Origin: a virus
Reading direction: 5' to 3' (one strand)
DNA length: 64,000 nt
Virus record (IMG/VR): IMGVR_UViG_3300045988_117852
Span: 75,613-139,612 of that record
Part shown: piece by piece, positions 27,937 through 36,704 of the stretch
How the letters are laid out: the number at the start of each line of letters is the position of its first letter
Numbering within the stretch: position 1 is the stretch's first letter
The notes under the pieces: generated by a model
Seen by the model: only the letters and a program-made list of their open reading frames with translations
Databases searched by the model: none
What the model was told of the DNA's origin: nothing
Position numbers and translations under genes: made by a program

Positions 27937-28635
27937 GTGAAAGGATTGTCGAACGAAAAATCCAAAGAAGGAAAGCCTTTATGGATATGTGAATGCCAAT
28001 GTCCTAATAAAACGATCAAACTACATAAACGACATGATTTAACTTCTGGAAAAACAAAATCTTGTGGGTGTATGGCTTCATATTTTAAGAATCAAACTAT
28101 GAAAAAAAATAAAATGAATCGTTATGTTTTTGATGAAGACATGTGTATAATCATTGCCAATAACACTCATAACAAATTTTATATTGATAAAGAAGATTAT
28201 GATTTAATTAAAGATTATATTTGGTATGAAACAGATAGAGGGTATTTGGCTACAACGATTGATCGTAAAACGATATTTCTTCATCGTATGGTTATGCATT
28301 TGTCAATAGATGATGATAGAATTGTCGATCATATTTATCATACCCCAGATGGGAAGAATAGTTTTTACAACAACAGAAAGTCAAATTTAAGAATTACAAC
28401 ACAGGCAAAAAATTGTGCGAATAGAGGACTGAGCAGTAATAATACATCTGGAGTGACAGGAGTATCATGGGATAAAAAATACTGTGTATGGAAGGCTTAT
28501 ATAACTTATAACAAGAAAAGATATTATCTAGGTTCTTATTCAAATATCAATGATGCAATTCAAGCGAGAAGATCAAAGGAAGTTGAATTTTTTGGAGAAT
28601 ATAAATATAAAGAAGCGGAGGAAAAAAATGAGTAA
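27937..28635 (+). CDS. HNH homing endonuclease with AP2-type DNA-binding domain
   Basis: HNH_3-like VDHIYHTPDGKNSFYNNRKSNLRITTQAKN, plus an AP2 module GVSWDKKYCVWKAYITYNKKRYYLGSYSNINDAIQAR. It overlaps the next gene's start by 8 nt. Confidence 0.65.
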   Translation: MKGLSNEKSKEGKPLWICECQCPNKTIKLHKRHDLTSGKTKSCGCMASYFKNQTMKKNKMNRYVFDEDMCIIIANNTHNKFYIDKEDYDLIKDYIWYETDRGYLATTIDRKTIFLHRMVMHLSIDDDRIVDHIYHTPDGKNSFYNNRKSNLRITTQAKNCANRGLSSNNTSGVTGVSWDKKYCVWKAYITYNKKRYYLGSYSNINDAIQARRSKEVEFFGEYKYKEAEEKNE

Positions 28636-30097
28636 TATTTCTTTTATGTTAATGGCAGATACATATAAAAATACAAATCCAGACGCAATGCCTAACGGAT
28701 TATCGAAATTAACTTCATATATCACACCAAGAAAATCAATGTTTAATAACATTAATAAAGTAGTGTTTTTTGGGCTACAAGGATTTATTAAAGAGTTTTT
28801 GATTGATTCAATAAATAATACATTTTTTAATAGAAATAAAGATGAAGTCATAAATGAATATAAAAAATATCTTGATACTCAGATTGGAGCCCAAAGTTAT
28901 AATATCAATAGAATTGAGCAACTATATGATTTAGGATATTTACCAATTGAAATGAAAGCATTACCAGAAGGTTCTCTTGTACCGATGGGGGTTCCGTGTA
29001 TTGAGTTAGTAAATACACACCCTAAGTTTGCATGGGTTGTACAATGGATTGAATGCATGACACAGTCAGAGCTGTATGGAACATGTAATTGGGCTACTAT
29101 GGCTCATGAATATCGAAAACTGGCAAATACCTTTTATGACAAAACTACCGATAATTCTGATCCATCAATGGCTATGGCGGATTTTGGGTTTAGAGGGCTT
29201 GGTGTAAATAATGGGATTAGAGCCAGTAGCTCATGGTTATTGTCTTTTAACAAAACGTCTACGATTCCAGCAATGCAGTATGTTGATAAAATGTATGATG
29301 CAAATTGCGAAAAGAATCATATTGGTATCGGAGCAGTAAGTCTTGAACATGCAACAGTGTGTTGTAATTTGGCAGTTTGTGAAACTGAAGAGAATTTACT
29401 TAGAAGGCTTCTGACAACGGTTTATAAAGATACTTCATTTAGTTATGTGTCAGATAGTTTTGACTATTGGAATCTTATTGATAATATATTACCTAAACTT
29501 AAAAAAGAAATTTTGGAGCATAACGGCAAATTTTTTGTGCGACCTGATAGCGGAGATATAGTAGAAATTTCTGTGCAAACTGTACAAAAACTTTATAAAA
29601 TTTTTGGGGGAAAAATAAATAAAAAAGGATATAAAGAGCTTAATCATAAAATTGGATTAATTTATGGTGATGGTTGCCAGTATGAGAAGATTAAAGAAAT
29701 TTGGACGCAGCTTGAACACCTTGGGTTTGCAGCGAATACAATTTTGTTTGGTGTTGGGGCATTTTCATTCACTGCAATGTCTACAGAAAAAGACGGACTC
29801 GTATGTCTAACGAGAGACACTTTCGGGTTTGCAATGAAGAGCACTGATTGTGTAATAAATGGTAAAGAATATATGATTCAAAAAGATCCTAAGACGGACA
29901 AAACAAAATTAAAAAAGTCACATAAAGGTTTATGCTATATAACCAATGATGATGGTAATTTTGTATGTCATGATGGATATACTTCAGAAAATCTTCCATT
30001 GAATAATCTGCTTGAGACGGTATTTAGAGATGGCAAATTGGTAAAAGAACAGTCATTACAGGAAATTAGAAGAGTTTTAAACGAAGGAGAATTTTAA
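28628..30097 (+). CDS. nicotinamide/nicotinate phosphoribosyltransferase family protein (NAMPT/NadV-like; candidate Namat)
   Basis: LMADTYK at the N-terminus, DFGFRG and IYGDGCQYEKI motifs; ~489 aa, typical for NAMPT. Confidence 0.7.
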   Translation: MSNISFMLMADTYKNTNPDAMPNGLSKLTSYITPRKSMFNNINKVVFFGLQGFIKEFLIDSINNTFFNRNKDEVINEYKKYLDTQIGAQSYNINRIEQLYDLGYLPIEMKALPEGSLVPMGVPCIELVNTHPKFAWVVQWIECMTQSELYGTCNWATMAHEYRKLANTFYDKTTDNSDPSMAMADFGFRGLGVNNGIRASSSWLLSFNKTSTIPAMQYVDKMYDANCEKNHIGIGAVSLEHATVCCNLAVCETEENLLRRLLTTVYKDTSFSYVSDSFDYWNLIDNILPKLKKEILEHNGKFFVRPDSGDIVEISVQTVQKLYKIFGGKINKKGYKELNHKIGLIYGDGCQYEKIKEIWTQLEHLGFAANTILFGVGAFSFTAMSTEKDGLVCLTRDTFGFAMKSTDCVINGKEYMIQKDPKTDKTKLKKSHKGLCYITNDDGNFVCHDGYTSENLPLNNLLETVFRDGKLVKEQSLQEIRRVLNEGEF

Positions 30098-30114
30098 GAG
30101 AGGAGATATAAAAC

Positions 30115-30885
30115 ATGAGTTTTAATGCAGCAGAAACCAAAGACAGATTAGTACAGTGGATTAGAGATTGGTTTAAAGTTAATGGAAGATGGTGTAATGC
30201 CGTTGTAGGAATTTCAGGCGGTAAAGATTCATCAGTTGTCGCTGCCTTATGTGTCGAAGCACTAGGTAAAGATCGAGTTATTGGAATTATGATGCCACAG
30301 GGTGTGCAGAGTGATATTGAGTATTCTCAGATGCTATGTGATCATCTAGGAATTGAACATTACACAGTTAATATTTTTAATGCTTGCAGAGATATTAAAC
30401 ATGAAATCAGAGATGAATTAGGCGGTAAATGGAGTAAACAGAGTGCCACAAATTTACCTGCTCGTATCCGAATGGCTACATTGTATGCTTTTGCACAGAG
30501 TATGAATGGAAGAGTAGCAAATACATGTAATTTATCTGAAGATTGGGTCGGATATGCAACAAGATATGGAGATTCAGCCGGAGATTTTAGTCCATTAAGT
30601 GATCTGACTGTGACAGAAGTTAAAGCAATTGGTAGAGTTCTGGGACTTCCAACAGAGTTAATCGAAAAAACACCTACTGATGGATTATGCGGTAAGACAG
30701 ATGAAGATAATCTTGGATTTACATATGATATGTTAGACGAATATCTGAGAACTGGAGTATGTAAAGATGAAGCAGTGAGACAGATCATTGACGAGATGCA
30801 TGAGAAGAATGTATTTAAACTTGCTCCAATGCCTAAATTTATATCTGGCATGTGGATCGAGGCAGGAATGGAGTTGGATGATTAA
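30115..30885 (+). CDS. nadE: NH3-dependent NAD+ synthetase
   Basis: ISGGKDSSVVAAL PP-loop (SGGxDS); 256 aa, typical NadE size. Confidence 0.7.
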   Translation: MSFNAAETKDRLVQWIRDWFKVNGRWCNAVVGISGGKDSSVVAALCVEALGKDRVIGIMMPQGVQSDIEYSQMLCDHLGIEHYTVNIFNACRDIKHEIRDELGGKWSKQSATNLPARIRMATLYAFAQSMNGRVANTCNLSEDWVGYATRYGDSAGDFSPLSDLTVTEVKAIGRVLGLPTELIEKTPTDGLCGKTDEDNLGFTYDMLDEYLRTGVCKDEAVRQIIDEMHEKNVFKLAPMPKFISGMWIEAGMELDD

Positions 30886-30887
30886 AT

Positions 30888-31220
30888 ATGGAAGTTAAAG
30901 CAAAATGGACAGGTCGTGGTTTTGCACTCTGTATTGGAGAATGGAAGCTTGATGTTGATGGCAAAGATGTTACCGATAAGATTCCAGAAGACTTACGCAC
31001 AGAACCTATGAATACATATAAAAGATATGAGCGATGGTATTTTAAGGACTGGGTTGAAGAATGGGAATCATATTATGACGGACTGAAACAAGATGAGTGG
31101 ATTGAGGCTAATAAGTATTGGTTAGATAAAATTACAAAAGATATTGATGTTCAGCGCCAGATCTTCAAAGCAATCAATGAAGAGGATTTTCGCACTAATT
31201 CTTGTGGCGGATGTATTTAG
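30888..31220 (+). CDS. hypothetical Trp-rich protein
   Basis: ORF. Confidence 0.4.
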   Translation: MEVKAKWTGRGFALCIGEWKLDVDGKDVTDKIPEDLRTEPMNTYKRYERWYFKDWVEEWESYYDGLKQDEWIEANKYWLDKITKDIDVQRQIFKAINEEDFRTNSCGGCI

Positions 31221-31285
31221 TAACAAGATTATGACATCTATATATGGTGTTGTGATAAATAAATTTTATAACAAAGGAGATATTT

Positions 31286-32746
31286 ATGATTGAAGTAATT
31301 GGAACAGTGGTACCAGTGGTTATTGCGGTAGGTGGCGTAGGAGCTATTATCGGTAGCGGTTATGTCAAAGCAAGTCCAGATAAAGCTTATATTATTTCTG
31401 GACTTAGAAAGACACCTAAGACATTAATTGGTAAGGCAGGGTTAAAAATCCCATTCTTTGAAAAAGCAGATCATCTTAATCTTGAGTTAATTCCAATTGA
31501 TGTTAAGACATCAAGTTCTGTGCCTACAGCAGATTATATCAATATCAATGTAGATGCAGCGGTCAATGTAAAGGTTAGCAGTAATCCAGAAAGATTAAAA
31601 CTTGCAGCAGAAAACTTCTTAAATAAGCCAGTAGGCGATATTGGACAGGTCGCAAGAGAAGTCCTTGAAGGTAATATGCGAGAGATCGTTGGAAAGATGA
31701 GCCTCGAAGAAATGGTTTCTGATCGTCAGAAATTTGCACAGCTTGTTACAGAAAATGCGAAGCCAGACCTTGCTGCAATGGGATTAGATATCATCAGTTT
31801 TAATGTGCAGAATTTTATGGATGATAATGATGTTATTGAAAATCTTGGTGTAGATAATGTTGTTAAAATTCAGAAGAAGGCTGCAATTTCCAGAGCTGAA
31901 AGCGAAAGAGATATTGAAAAAGCAAAAGCAATGGCTGAAAAAGAAGCGAATGATGCAAGGGTTGAGTCAGAAACAGCGATCGCAGAAAAGAATAACAATC
32001 TGGAAATTAAAAAATCTGAACTTGAGAAGATTTCAAAAGCAAAGAAGGCTGAGGCAGATGCAGCATACAAGATTCAGGAAGAAAAATCACGTAAAGAAAT
32101 TGAAATTGTAACTGCGGATGCTAATATTATGCGTCAGGAAAAAGAAATTGAACTGAAACGTAAAGACGTTGAGGTAACAGAGCAGACATTAGATGCACAG
32201 ATCAAGAAACAGGCAGAGGCTGAAAGATATGCCTCTCAGCAGAAAGCAGATGCAGATTTATATAAGAGACAGAAAGAGTCTGAAGCTAACAAATATGCCA
32301 AAGAAAAAGAAGCTGAATCTACAAAATATGCTATGGAGCAGGAAGCTGAAGGTATTCGTGCAAAGGGTGTAGCAGAAGCCGAGGCAATCAAAGCTAAAGG
32401 TATTGCTGAAGCAGAAGCAATTGAAAAGAAAGCAGAAGCTATGAAACAGATGGGTAAAGCATCTATTGTAGAAATGATGTGTCAGATGTTCCCAGAAGCA
32501 GTTAAAAATGCAGCCGCACCATTAGGAAATGTAGGAAGTATCACTATGTATGGAGAAGGAAACACAACAAAATTAACAAAAGATATTATGAATGTTGTGA
32601 ATCAGGTATCAGATGGTGTTAAAGGATCTACAGGTGTTGATCTTGCAAAGATGCTAAAAGATTTTGTTTCTGAAGATAAAGAAGTAGAATCTACAGATAA
32701 TGAAAATCTTGGAACACCAGAGCCAGCAGATTACCGTGAGTTCTAA
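31286..32746 (+). CDS. flotillin / SPFH (band-7) domain membrane protein
   Basis: N-terminal TM helix, SPFH core (YVKASPDKAYIISG…) and long Ala/Glu-rich flotillin repeats (AEAEAIKAKGIAEAEAIEKKAEA). Confidence 0.7.
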   Translation: MIEVIGTVVPVVIAVGGVGAIIGSGYVKASPDKAYIISGLRKTPKTLIGKAGLKIPFFEKADHLNLELIPIDVKTSSSVPTADYININVDAAVNVKVSSNPERLKLAAENFLNKPVGDIGQVAREVLEGNMREIVGKMSLEEMVSDRQKFAQLVTENAKPDLAAMGLDIISFNVQNFMDDNDVIENLGVDNVVKIQKKAAISRAESERDIEKAKAMAEKEANDARVESETAIAEKNNNLEIKKSELEKISKAKKAEADAAYKIQEEKSRKEIEIVTADANIMRQEKEIELKRKDVEVTEQTLDAQIKKQAEAERYASQQKADADLYKRQKESEANKYAKEKEAESTKYAMEQEAEGIRAKGVAEAEAIKAKGIAEAEAIEKKAEAMKQMGKASIVEMMCQMFPEAVKNAAAPLGNVGSITMYGEGNTTKLTKDIMNVVNQVSDGVKGSTGVDLAKMLKDFVSEDKEVESTDNENLGTPEPADYREF

Positions 32747-32760
32747 TAGGAGAAATTATT

Positions 32761-33495
32761 ATGACAATTATTATTATTTGTGTAATTGTAGCGATTATCG
32801 CATATTTACAATTTACTAAAAATGGAAAGCAGATTAAAAATGTGGCATCTGGAACAGTTACAGAAAAAATCAAAGAAAATGCAATGACTCCAGAGGGAGC
32901 AAGAGCCAGATATAATACTGCAATTAAAGATAAGCAGGATTTCTACCAGAAAACAATGGGTACATACACAATGGTAGCTGGTCGATTGGCAACAATGGAA
33001 GATAACCTCAAAGAAACAAAAGAAGAAATTTCTAAAACCGAGGCAATGATCAACCAGTATATTGATAACAATGATGATAAAAAAGCAATGTATTATGCTC
33101 AAAAATTAGCCACGCTCAAGGCACAGAAATCAGTGTACGAAAAGAAAATCCCAGAGTTGCAATCCACAAAAGATAAACAAGAAGAAATTAAAAACCAAGC
33201 GTATGATCAGCTCATTAAGCTAAAAAGCGAAAAAGATACTGTGGTTCTTCAGATGGAGGCAGATCAGCAGATTGCAGAATTGCAGAAAAATTTAGATCAA
33301 TACAATAGTTCAAATGCTGCTCAGGAAGGTTTGGAAGAGGTTCGAGAAGGAGCAAAGAAACTTAGCGAACAAGCCAAAGGCGTTGCTATTGCGTATGAAT
33401 CTAGTGCAGAAACATTGGATTATCATATGGAGCAAGAAGAGCGACAGCAAGAAGCTAAAGCCATATTAGATCAGATGAAAAATGCTCGCAAATAA
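32761..33495 (+). CDS. PspA/IM30-like coiled-coil protein with an N-terminal TM helix, tentative
   Basis: TM start (IIIICVIVAIIAYL), then a PspA-like heptad-rich helical region (ARYNTAIKDKQDF….MEDNLKETKEE). Confidence 0.35.
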   Translation: MTIIIICVIVAIIAYLQFTKNGKQIKNVASGTVTEKIKENAMTPEGARARYNTAIKDKQDFYQKTMGTYTMVAGRLATMEDNLKETKEEISKTEAMINQYIDNNDDKKAMYYAQKLATLKAQKSVYEKKIPELQSTKDKQEEIKNQAYDQLIKLKSEKDTVVLQMEADQQIAELQKNLDQYNSSNAAQEGLEEVREGAKKLSEQAKGVAIAYESSAETLDYHMEQEERQQEAKAILDQMKNARK

Positions 33496-33625
33496 CGAAT
33501 AAATTCATCTACAAAAATTAATTTCACAAACATAAAACTGGCATTTTATGGCACTATAAACCACAATATATAGTGTTTACTCAATTATCAAGCCACTATA
33601 TATAGTTGTATAAAGTGCCAGTTAT

Positions 33626-33763
33626 GGAAACATAGCTCAGTTGGTAGAGCAGGCAATACATACATTCTTTTTCTACCTCCGTATAAGTATTTTTATATTA
33701 TTTACATTTTAATTTTTCATCACATATAAATTGCCGACGCAGGTTCGATCCCTGTTGTTTCCA
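33626..33763 (+). tRNA. tRNA-like gene interrupted by a ~70-nt AT-rich insertion in the anticodon arm (anticodon uncertain)
   Basis: Perfect 7-bp acceptor stem (GGAAACA/TGTTTCC), canonical D-arm GCTCAGTTGGTAGAGC, T-arm GCAGG-TTCGATC-CCTGT, and anticodon-stem halves GGCAA (33652-56) and TTGCC (33731-35) 74 nt apart. Confidence 0.55.
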
Positions 33764-33765
33764 CT

Positions 33766-33801
33766 AAAAAAGACCTTAACCTAAATGGTCAAAGTCTTTT
33801 T
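33766..33801. terminator. bidirectional hairpin terminator (AAAAAAGAC…GTCTTTTT) between the tRNA-like gene and the XRE gene
   Basis: Stem with an A-tract on the 5' side and a T-tract on the 3' side. Confidence 0.5.
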
Positions 33802-33803
33802 GA

Positions 33804-34022
33804 TTAATCGTTTGGTATGACCTCGATAACATCTTCAATTTTGCAATCAAGATATAAGCAAATTTTGTCAATGTTTTCGAGACTGATATATTGGTGCTTT
33901 GCCATCTTAGCAATAGTACCAGGACTCATATGCAATGCGGTTCGCAAATCAGATTTTGTCATACTCTTTTTCGCTAAAGTAACGAAAAGCGGTTTATAAC
34001 TTATCATATGATATACCTCCAC
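33804..34022 (-). CDS. XRE-family helix-turn-helix transcriptional regulator (Cro/CI-like)
   Basis: MTKSDLRTALHMSPGTIAKMAKHQYISLENIDKICLYLDCKIEDV is an XRE-type HTH motif. It is the only clearly coding − strand gene in the window. Confidence 0.7.
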   Translation of the reverse strand: MEVYHMISYKPLFVTLAKKSMTKSDLRTALHMSPGTIAKMAKHQYISLENIDKICLYLDCKIEDVIEVIPND

Positions 34023-34088
34023 ATCTATATTGTAGCATATTACATACTAGATGTAAAATAAAATATTCAAGAAGTTGAAGATTTTGTA

Positions 34089-34117
34089 TTGACACTATCT
34101 GCAAGAAGTGGTATATT
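34089..34117 (+). promoter_or_regulatory. Sigma-A promoter TTGACA-17-TATATT with extended -10 TGg, divergent from the XRE gene; an inverted repeat ACATCTA-N19-TAGATGT lies at 34021-34053
   Basis: Hexamers read directly; a candidate operator palindrome sits between the divergent genes. Confidence 0.5.
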
Positions 34118-34171
34118 ATATTCAACAAATGAAAGATAAACTTCAAGAAAATGAAGTGAAGGAGTGAGAAA

Positions 34172-34579
34172 ATGTCAAATAAAATTTACAGATATTATCA
34201 ACCAAACGATAAAGATACGAAAGACAATCATTCAGATTGCGTGATCAGAGCATTAACGAAAGTTCTTGACAAAGAATGGTTAACGACATTTGATGAATTG
34301 TTACCATATGCAAGGGATATGCAGTGTATGCCGTCAGAGCGAAAATGTTACGAAGAATATTTATTCGATAACGGATTTGCTTATCAGGGCATAAGCAACA
34401 GAAAAGGATCTAAACGACCAACGGTTGAAAGCTTTGCAAAAGATCATAAGCAAGGCAATTACTTGGTAAATGTTGCGAATCATGTAGTTGCAATTTCAGA
34501 CGGTTGTTATTACGACACATGGGATTCTGGAGATTGCTGCTTGTATGGATATTACTATAAAGAAGAAGGAGAAAAATAA
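34172..34579 (+). CDS. hypothetical protein, possibly a papain-like Cys peptidase-fold protein
   Basis: Cys (CVIRAL) … His (NHVVAI) … Asp order. Weak evidence. Confidence 0.3.
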   Translation: MSNKIYRYYQPNDKDTKDNHSDCVIRALTKVLDKEWLTTFDELLPYARDMQCMPSERKCYEEYLFDNGFAYQGISNRKGSKRPTVESFAKDHKQGNYLVNVANHVVAISDGCYYDTWDSGDCCLYGYYYKEEGEK

Positions 34580-34608
34580 ATGAGAAAGAAAATTTTGGCA
34601 ACGGTTTA

Positions 34609-34842
34609 ATGACAGGATGTACCGCAGGATTCAAAAGAGAAGTTGTTGATATGAAAAGCAATTGGAATGGCGGTATGAAAAGAGTCATTACAGTATATAC
34701 AGCAGATGGTAAAAAGATTGCTGAATATAAAGGGAAAATTGACATTGATACAAATGACGGTGGATATGTCAAGTTTGACTACAAAGGTAAGAGATATATT
34801 TACTACAACTGCTTCGTAGAAAGTATCGCAGAAATTGATTAG
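34609..34842 (+). CDS. hypothetical small protein
   Basis: ORF. Confidence 0.35.
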   Translation: MTGCTAGFKREVVDMKSNWNGGMKRVITVYTADGKKIAEYKGKIDIDTNDGGYVKFDYKGKRYIYYNCFVESIAEID

Positions 34843-34869
34843 AAGTATAGAAAAAAGGAAGTGGATAAA

Positions 34870-35367
34870 ATGGGAATTAAAAATCTAACAGAAGCAGAAG
34901 AAAAAGAGTTTTACAGACTTGTTGAGAAAATGAATGGAAAAGAACCAGACAAGAAACAGGATGTAAAGGTAAAGAAACCAAAGTGTAGGCAAGAGTATTT
35001 TTTTGCCAATAGTCGTGGATGTGTTGAATGTAGTACATGGCAAGATACAGTTGCAGATAACGAAAGATGGGAATTTGGAAACGTCTTTCTGACAAGAGAG
35101 AAAGCGTTATTTGATGTAGAAAAAAGAAAAGTAGAAGTTGAGTTGGAACGGTATGCAGATGAACATAATAGCAAGATAGTTAAAAAACGTTTTTGTATTC
35201 AATATGATGATGAGGATACAAAACAACTGAGTTGTGACTTTTGGAGTTTAAAGTTACAAGGGGCGGTGATGTTTACGTCAAGACAGCTTGTATTTGATGC
35301 AATCGAAGCAGTAGGAAAAGAAAGAATTTTAAAATACATCTTTGGGGTAGAAAGTGAGGGGAAATAA
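34870..35367 (+). CDS. hypothetical protein, paralogue of the next gene
   Basis: Shares GNVF.T.EKA.F..EK.KV.VELE.YA.EHN and RI.KY.F.V. with 35368..35901. Confidence 0.45.
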   Translation: MGIKNLTEAEEKEFYRLVEKMNGKEPDKKQDVKVKKPKCRQEYFFANSRGCVECSTWQDTVADNERWEFGNVFLTREKALFDVEKRKVEVELERYADEHNSKIVKKRFCIQYDDEDTKQLSCDFWSLKLQGAVMFTSRQLVFDAIEAVGKERILKYIFGVESEGK

Positions 35368-35901
35368 ATGAGTACAACAAAAACAATTGATATTTCGAAA
35401 TTATCTGAAGCACAGCAGAATTTATTTAAATCATTATTTGATCAGTTTTGTGAAAGATCGGAACCGAAAGAAGAAACTAATCCATGTGGATTAAATAATG
35501 GGGATACGTATTATTTCATCACTGATGATGGACATATCTGTATGGCAAAATGGCAAAACAGAACTTCAGATTTTAGAAGATTAGCTTTAGGAAATGTATT
35601 TAAGACTGAAAAGGATACAGAGTTTGGTATTGAAAAGCAGAAGGTCAAAGTAGAGCTTGAGCAATACGCAAAAGAACATAATGATCCAGAGAAAGAAGAG
35701 TGGAATGGCATAAATCCACATTATACTATTAGATATGATATTGGAGATGAAGCTTTAGTAAGATCATCAAATCATGTAGTAGAAAATATCAATGATATTT
35801 ATTTCACTTCCGAAGATATTGTTAAAAATGCCGTTGATTATATTGGAGCAAAACGCATCATGAAATATCTATTTGATGTTGATTGTGGGGTGGATGAATG
35901 A
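35368..35901 (+). CDS. hypothetical protein, paralogue of the previous gene
   Basis: Tandem paralogue (see above). Confidence 0.45.
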   Translation: MSTTKTIDISKLSEAQQNLFKSLFDQFCERSEPKEETNPCGLNNGDTYYFITDDGHICMAKWQNRTSDFRRLALGNVFKTEKDTEFGIEKQKVKVELEQYAKEHNDPEKEEWNGINPHYTIRYDIGDEALVRSSNHVVENINDIYFTSEDIVKNAVDYIGAKRIMKYLFDVDCGVDE

Positions 35902-36221
35902 GTACATATAAAATCGGAGAAATCTTAGTATCACAAAGAGAAACAGAAGTTGAAACAATTTTTGGAAGAAAAGAGATAATTCCTAAAGGAAACAAAATTA
36001 TTATTACCGCTCATAGGCTTGGGTATCATATTAGGAACGGCATGAAACAGCCTTTGCAAAAGGATGATGCTGTAAAAGGCTATGACACAGAAGGACTTGC
36101 AGAGTATTTGTTTACGTGTATGAAAAGTCATCTTCCGATGGATGATATGATGTGTGATTATGATTTGACACAAACAGATGTTCAAGAAGTTATTGAAGAA
36201 GCATTGGATGAGATTTTTTAG
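35898..36221 (+). CDS. hypothetical protein
   Basis: ORF with overlapping start/stop. Confidence 0.4.
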   Translation: MSTYKIGEILVSQRETEVETIFGRKEIIPKGNKIIITAHRLGYHIRNGMKQPLQKDDAVKGYDTEGLAEYLFTCMKSHLPMDDMMCDYDLTQTDVQEVIEEALDEIF

Positions 36222-36237
36222 AAGAGGAGGATGAATA

Positions 36238-36702
36238 GTGCTGATAACAATACTTGTAATTACTATAATTGCTTCAATGACCTATTATCATCATGCTAAA
36301 AACAAGGATTACTCCTCTTGTGATCTTGATATTCTTAGTGTTGTATTAATTCTGATTAACTTTGCCATTATCGTACTTTTATGTTCACTACTGAGTAATC
36401 TATATGAAAATCAAGGTGTCAATCAGAAAATCAAAATGTATGAAACACAAAATCGGCAGCTTGAGAGAAAGATTGATGTGACTGTTAAGAGTTACATGAA
36501 TCATGAAAAGGATACATACAAAGAATTTAAAGCTGGTGATGGAATGGCATTGATCACAACATATCCTGAATTAAGAAGCAATGAACTTGTTAAAAAACAG
36601 ATGGATACATACCAAAGCAATAATCGTAAGATTGCAAAATTAAAAGAAAAAGAAATTGATTGCAATGTTACCAAGTGGTGGATTTATTTTGGAGGAGAAT
36701 AA
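36238..36702 (+). CDS. membrane protein (two TM helices) with a coiled-coil tail
   Basis: LITILVITIIASMTY and LSVVLILINFAIIVLLCSLL are hydrophobic helices. Confidence 0.4.
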   Translation: MLITILVITIIASMTYYHHAKNKDYSSCDLDILSVVLILINFAIIVLLCSLLSNLYENQGVNQKIKMYETQNRQLERKIDVTVKSYMNHEKDTYKEFKAGDGMALITTYPELRSNELVKKQMDTYQSNNRKIAKLKEKEIDCNVTKWWIYFGGE

Positions 36703-36704
36703 TT

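Noticed and set aside
28550-28627. N-terminal extension (MMQFKREDQRKLNFLENINIKKRRKK) of the NAMPT-like ORF
   Set aside because: This stretch overlaps the 3' end of the HNH gene in another frame. The conserved NAMPT N-terminus and a GGAGG RBS begin at ATG 28628.
31857-32111. + strand ORF 31857..32111 (and similar same-strand nested ORFs such as 4338..4535, 48545..48760, 56066..56260, 60183..60413, 61431..61661, 63623..63826)
   Set aside because: Alternative frames nested inside longer coding genes (flotillin, DnaE and others). The longer frames carry the conserved motifs.
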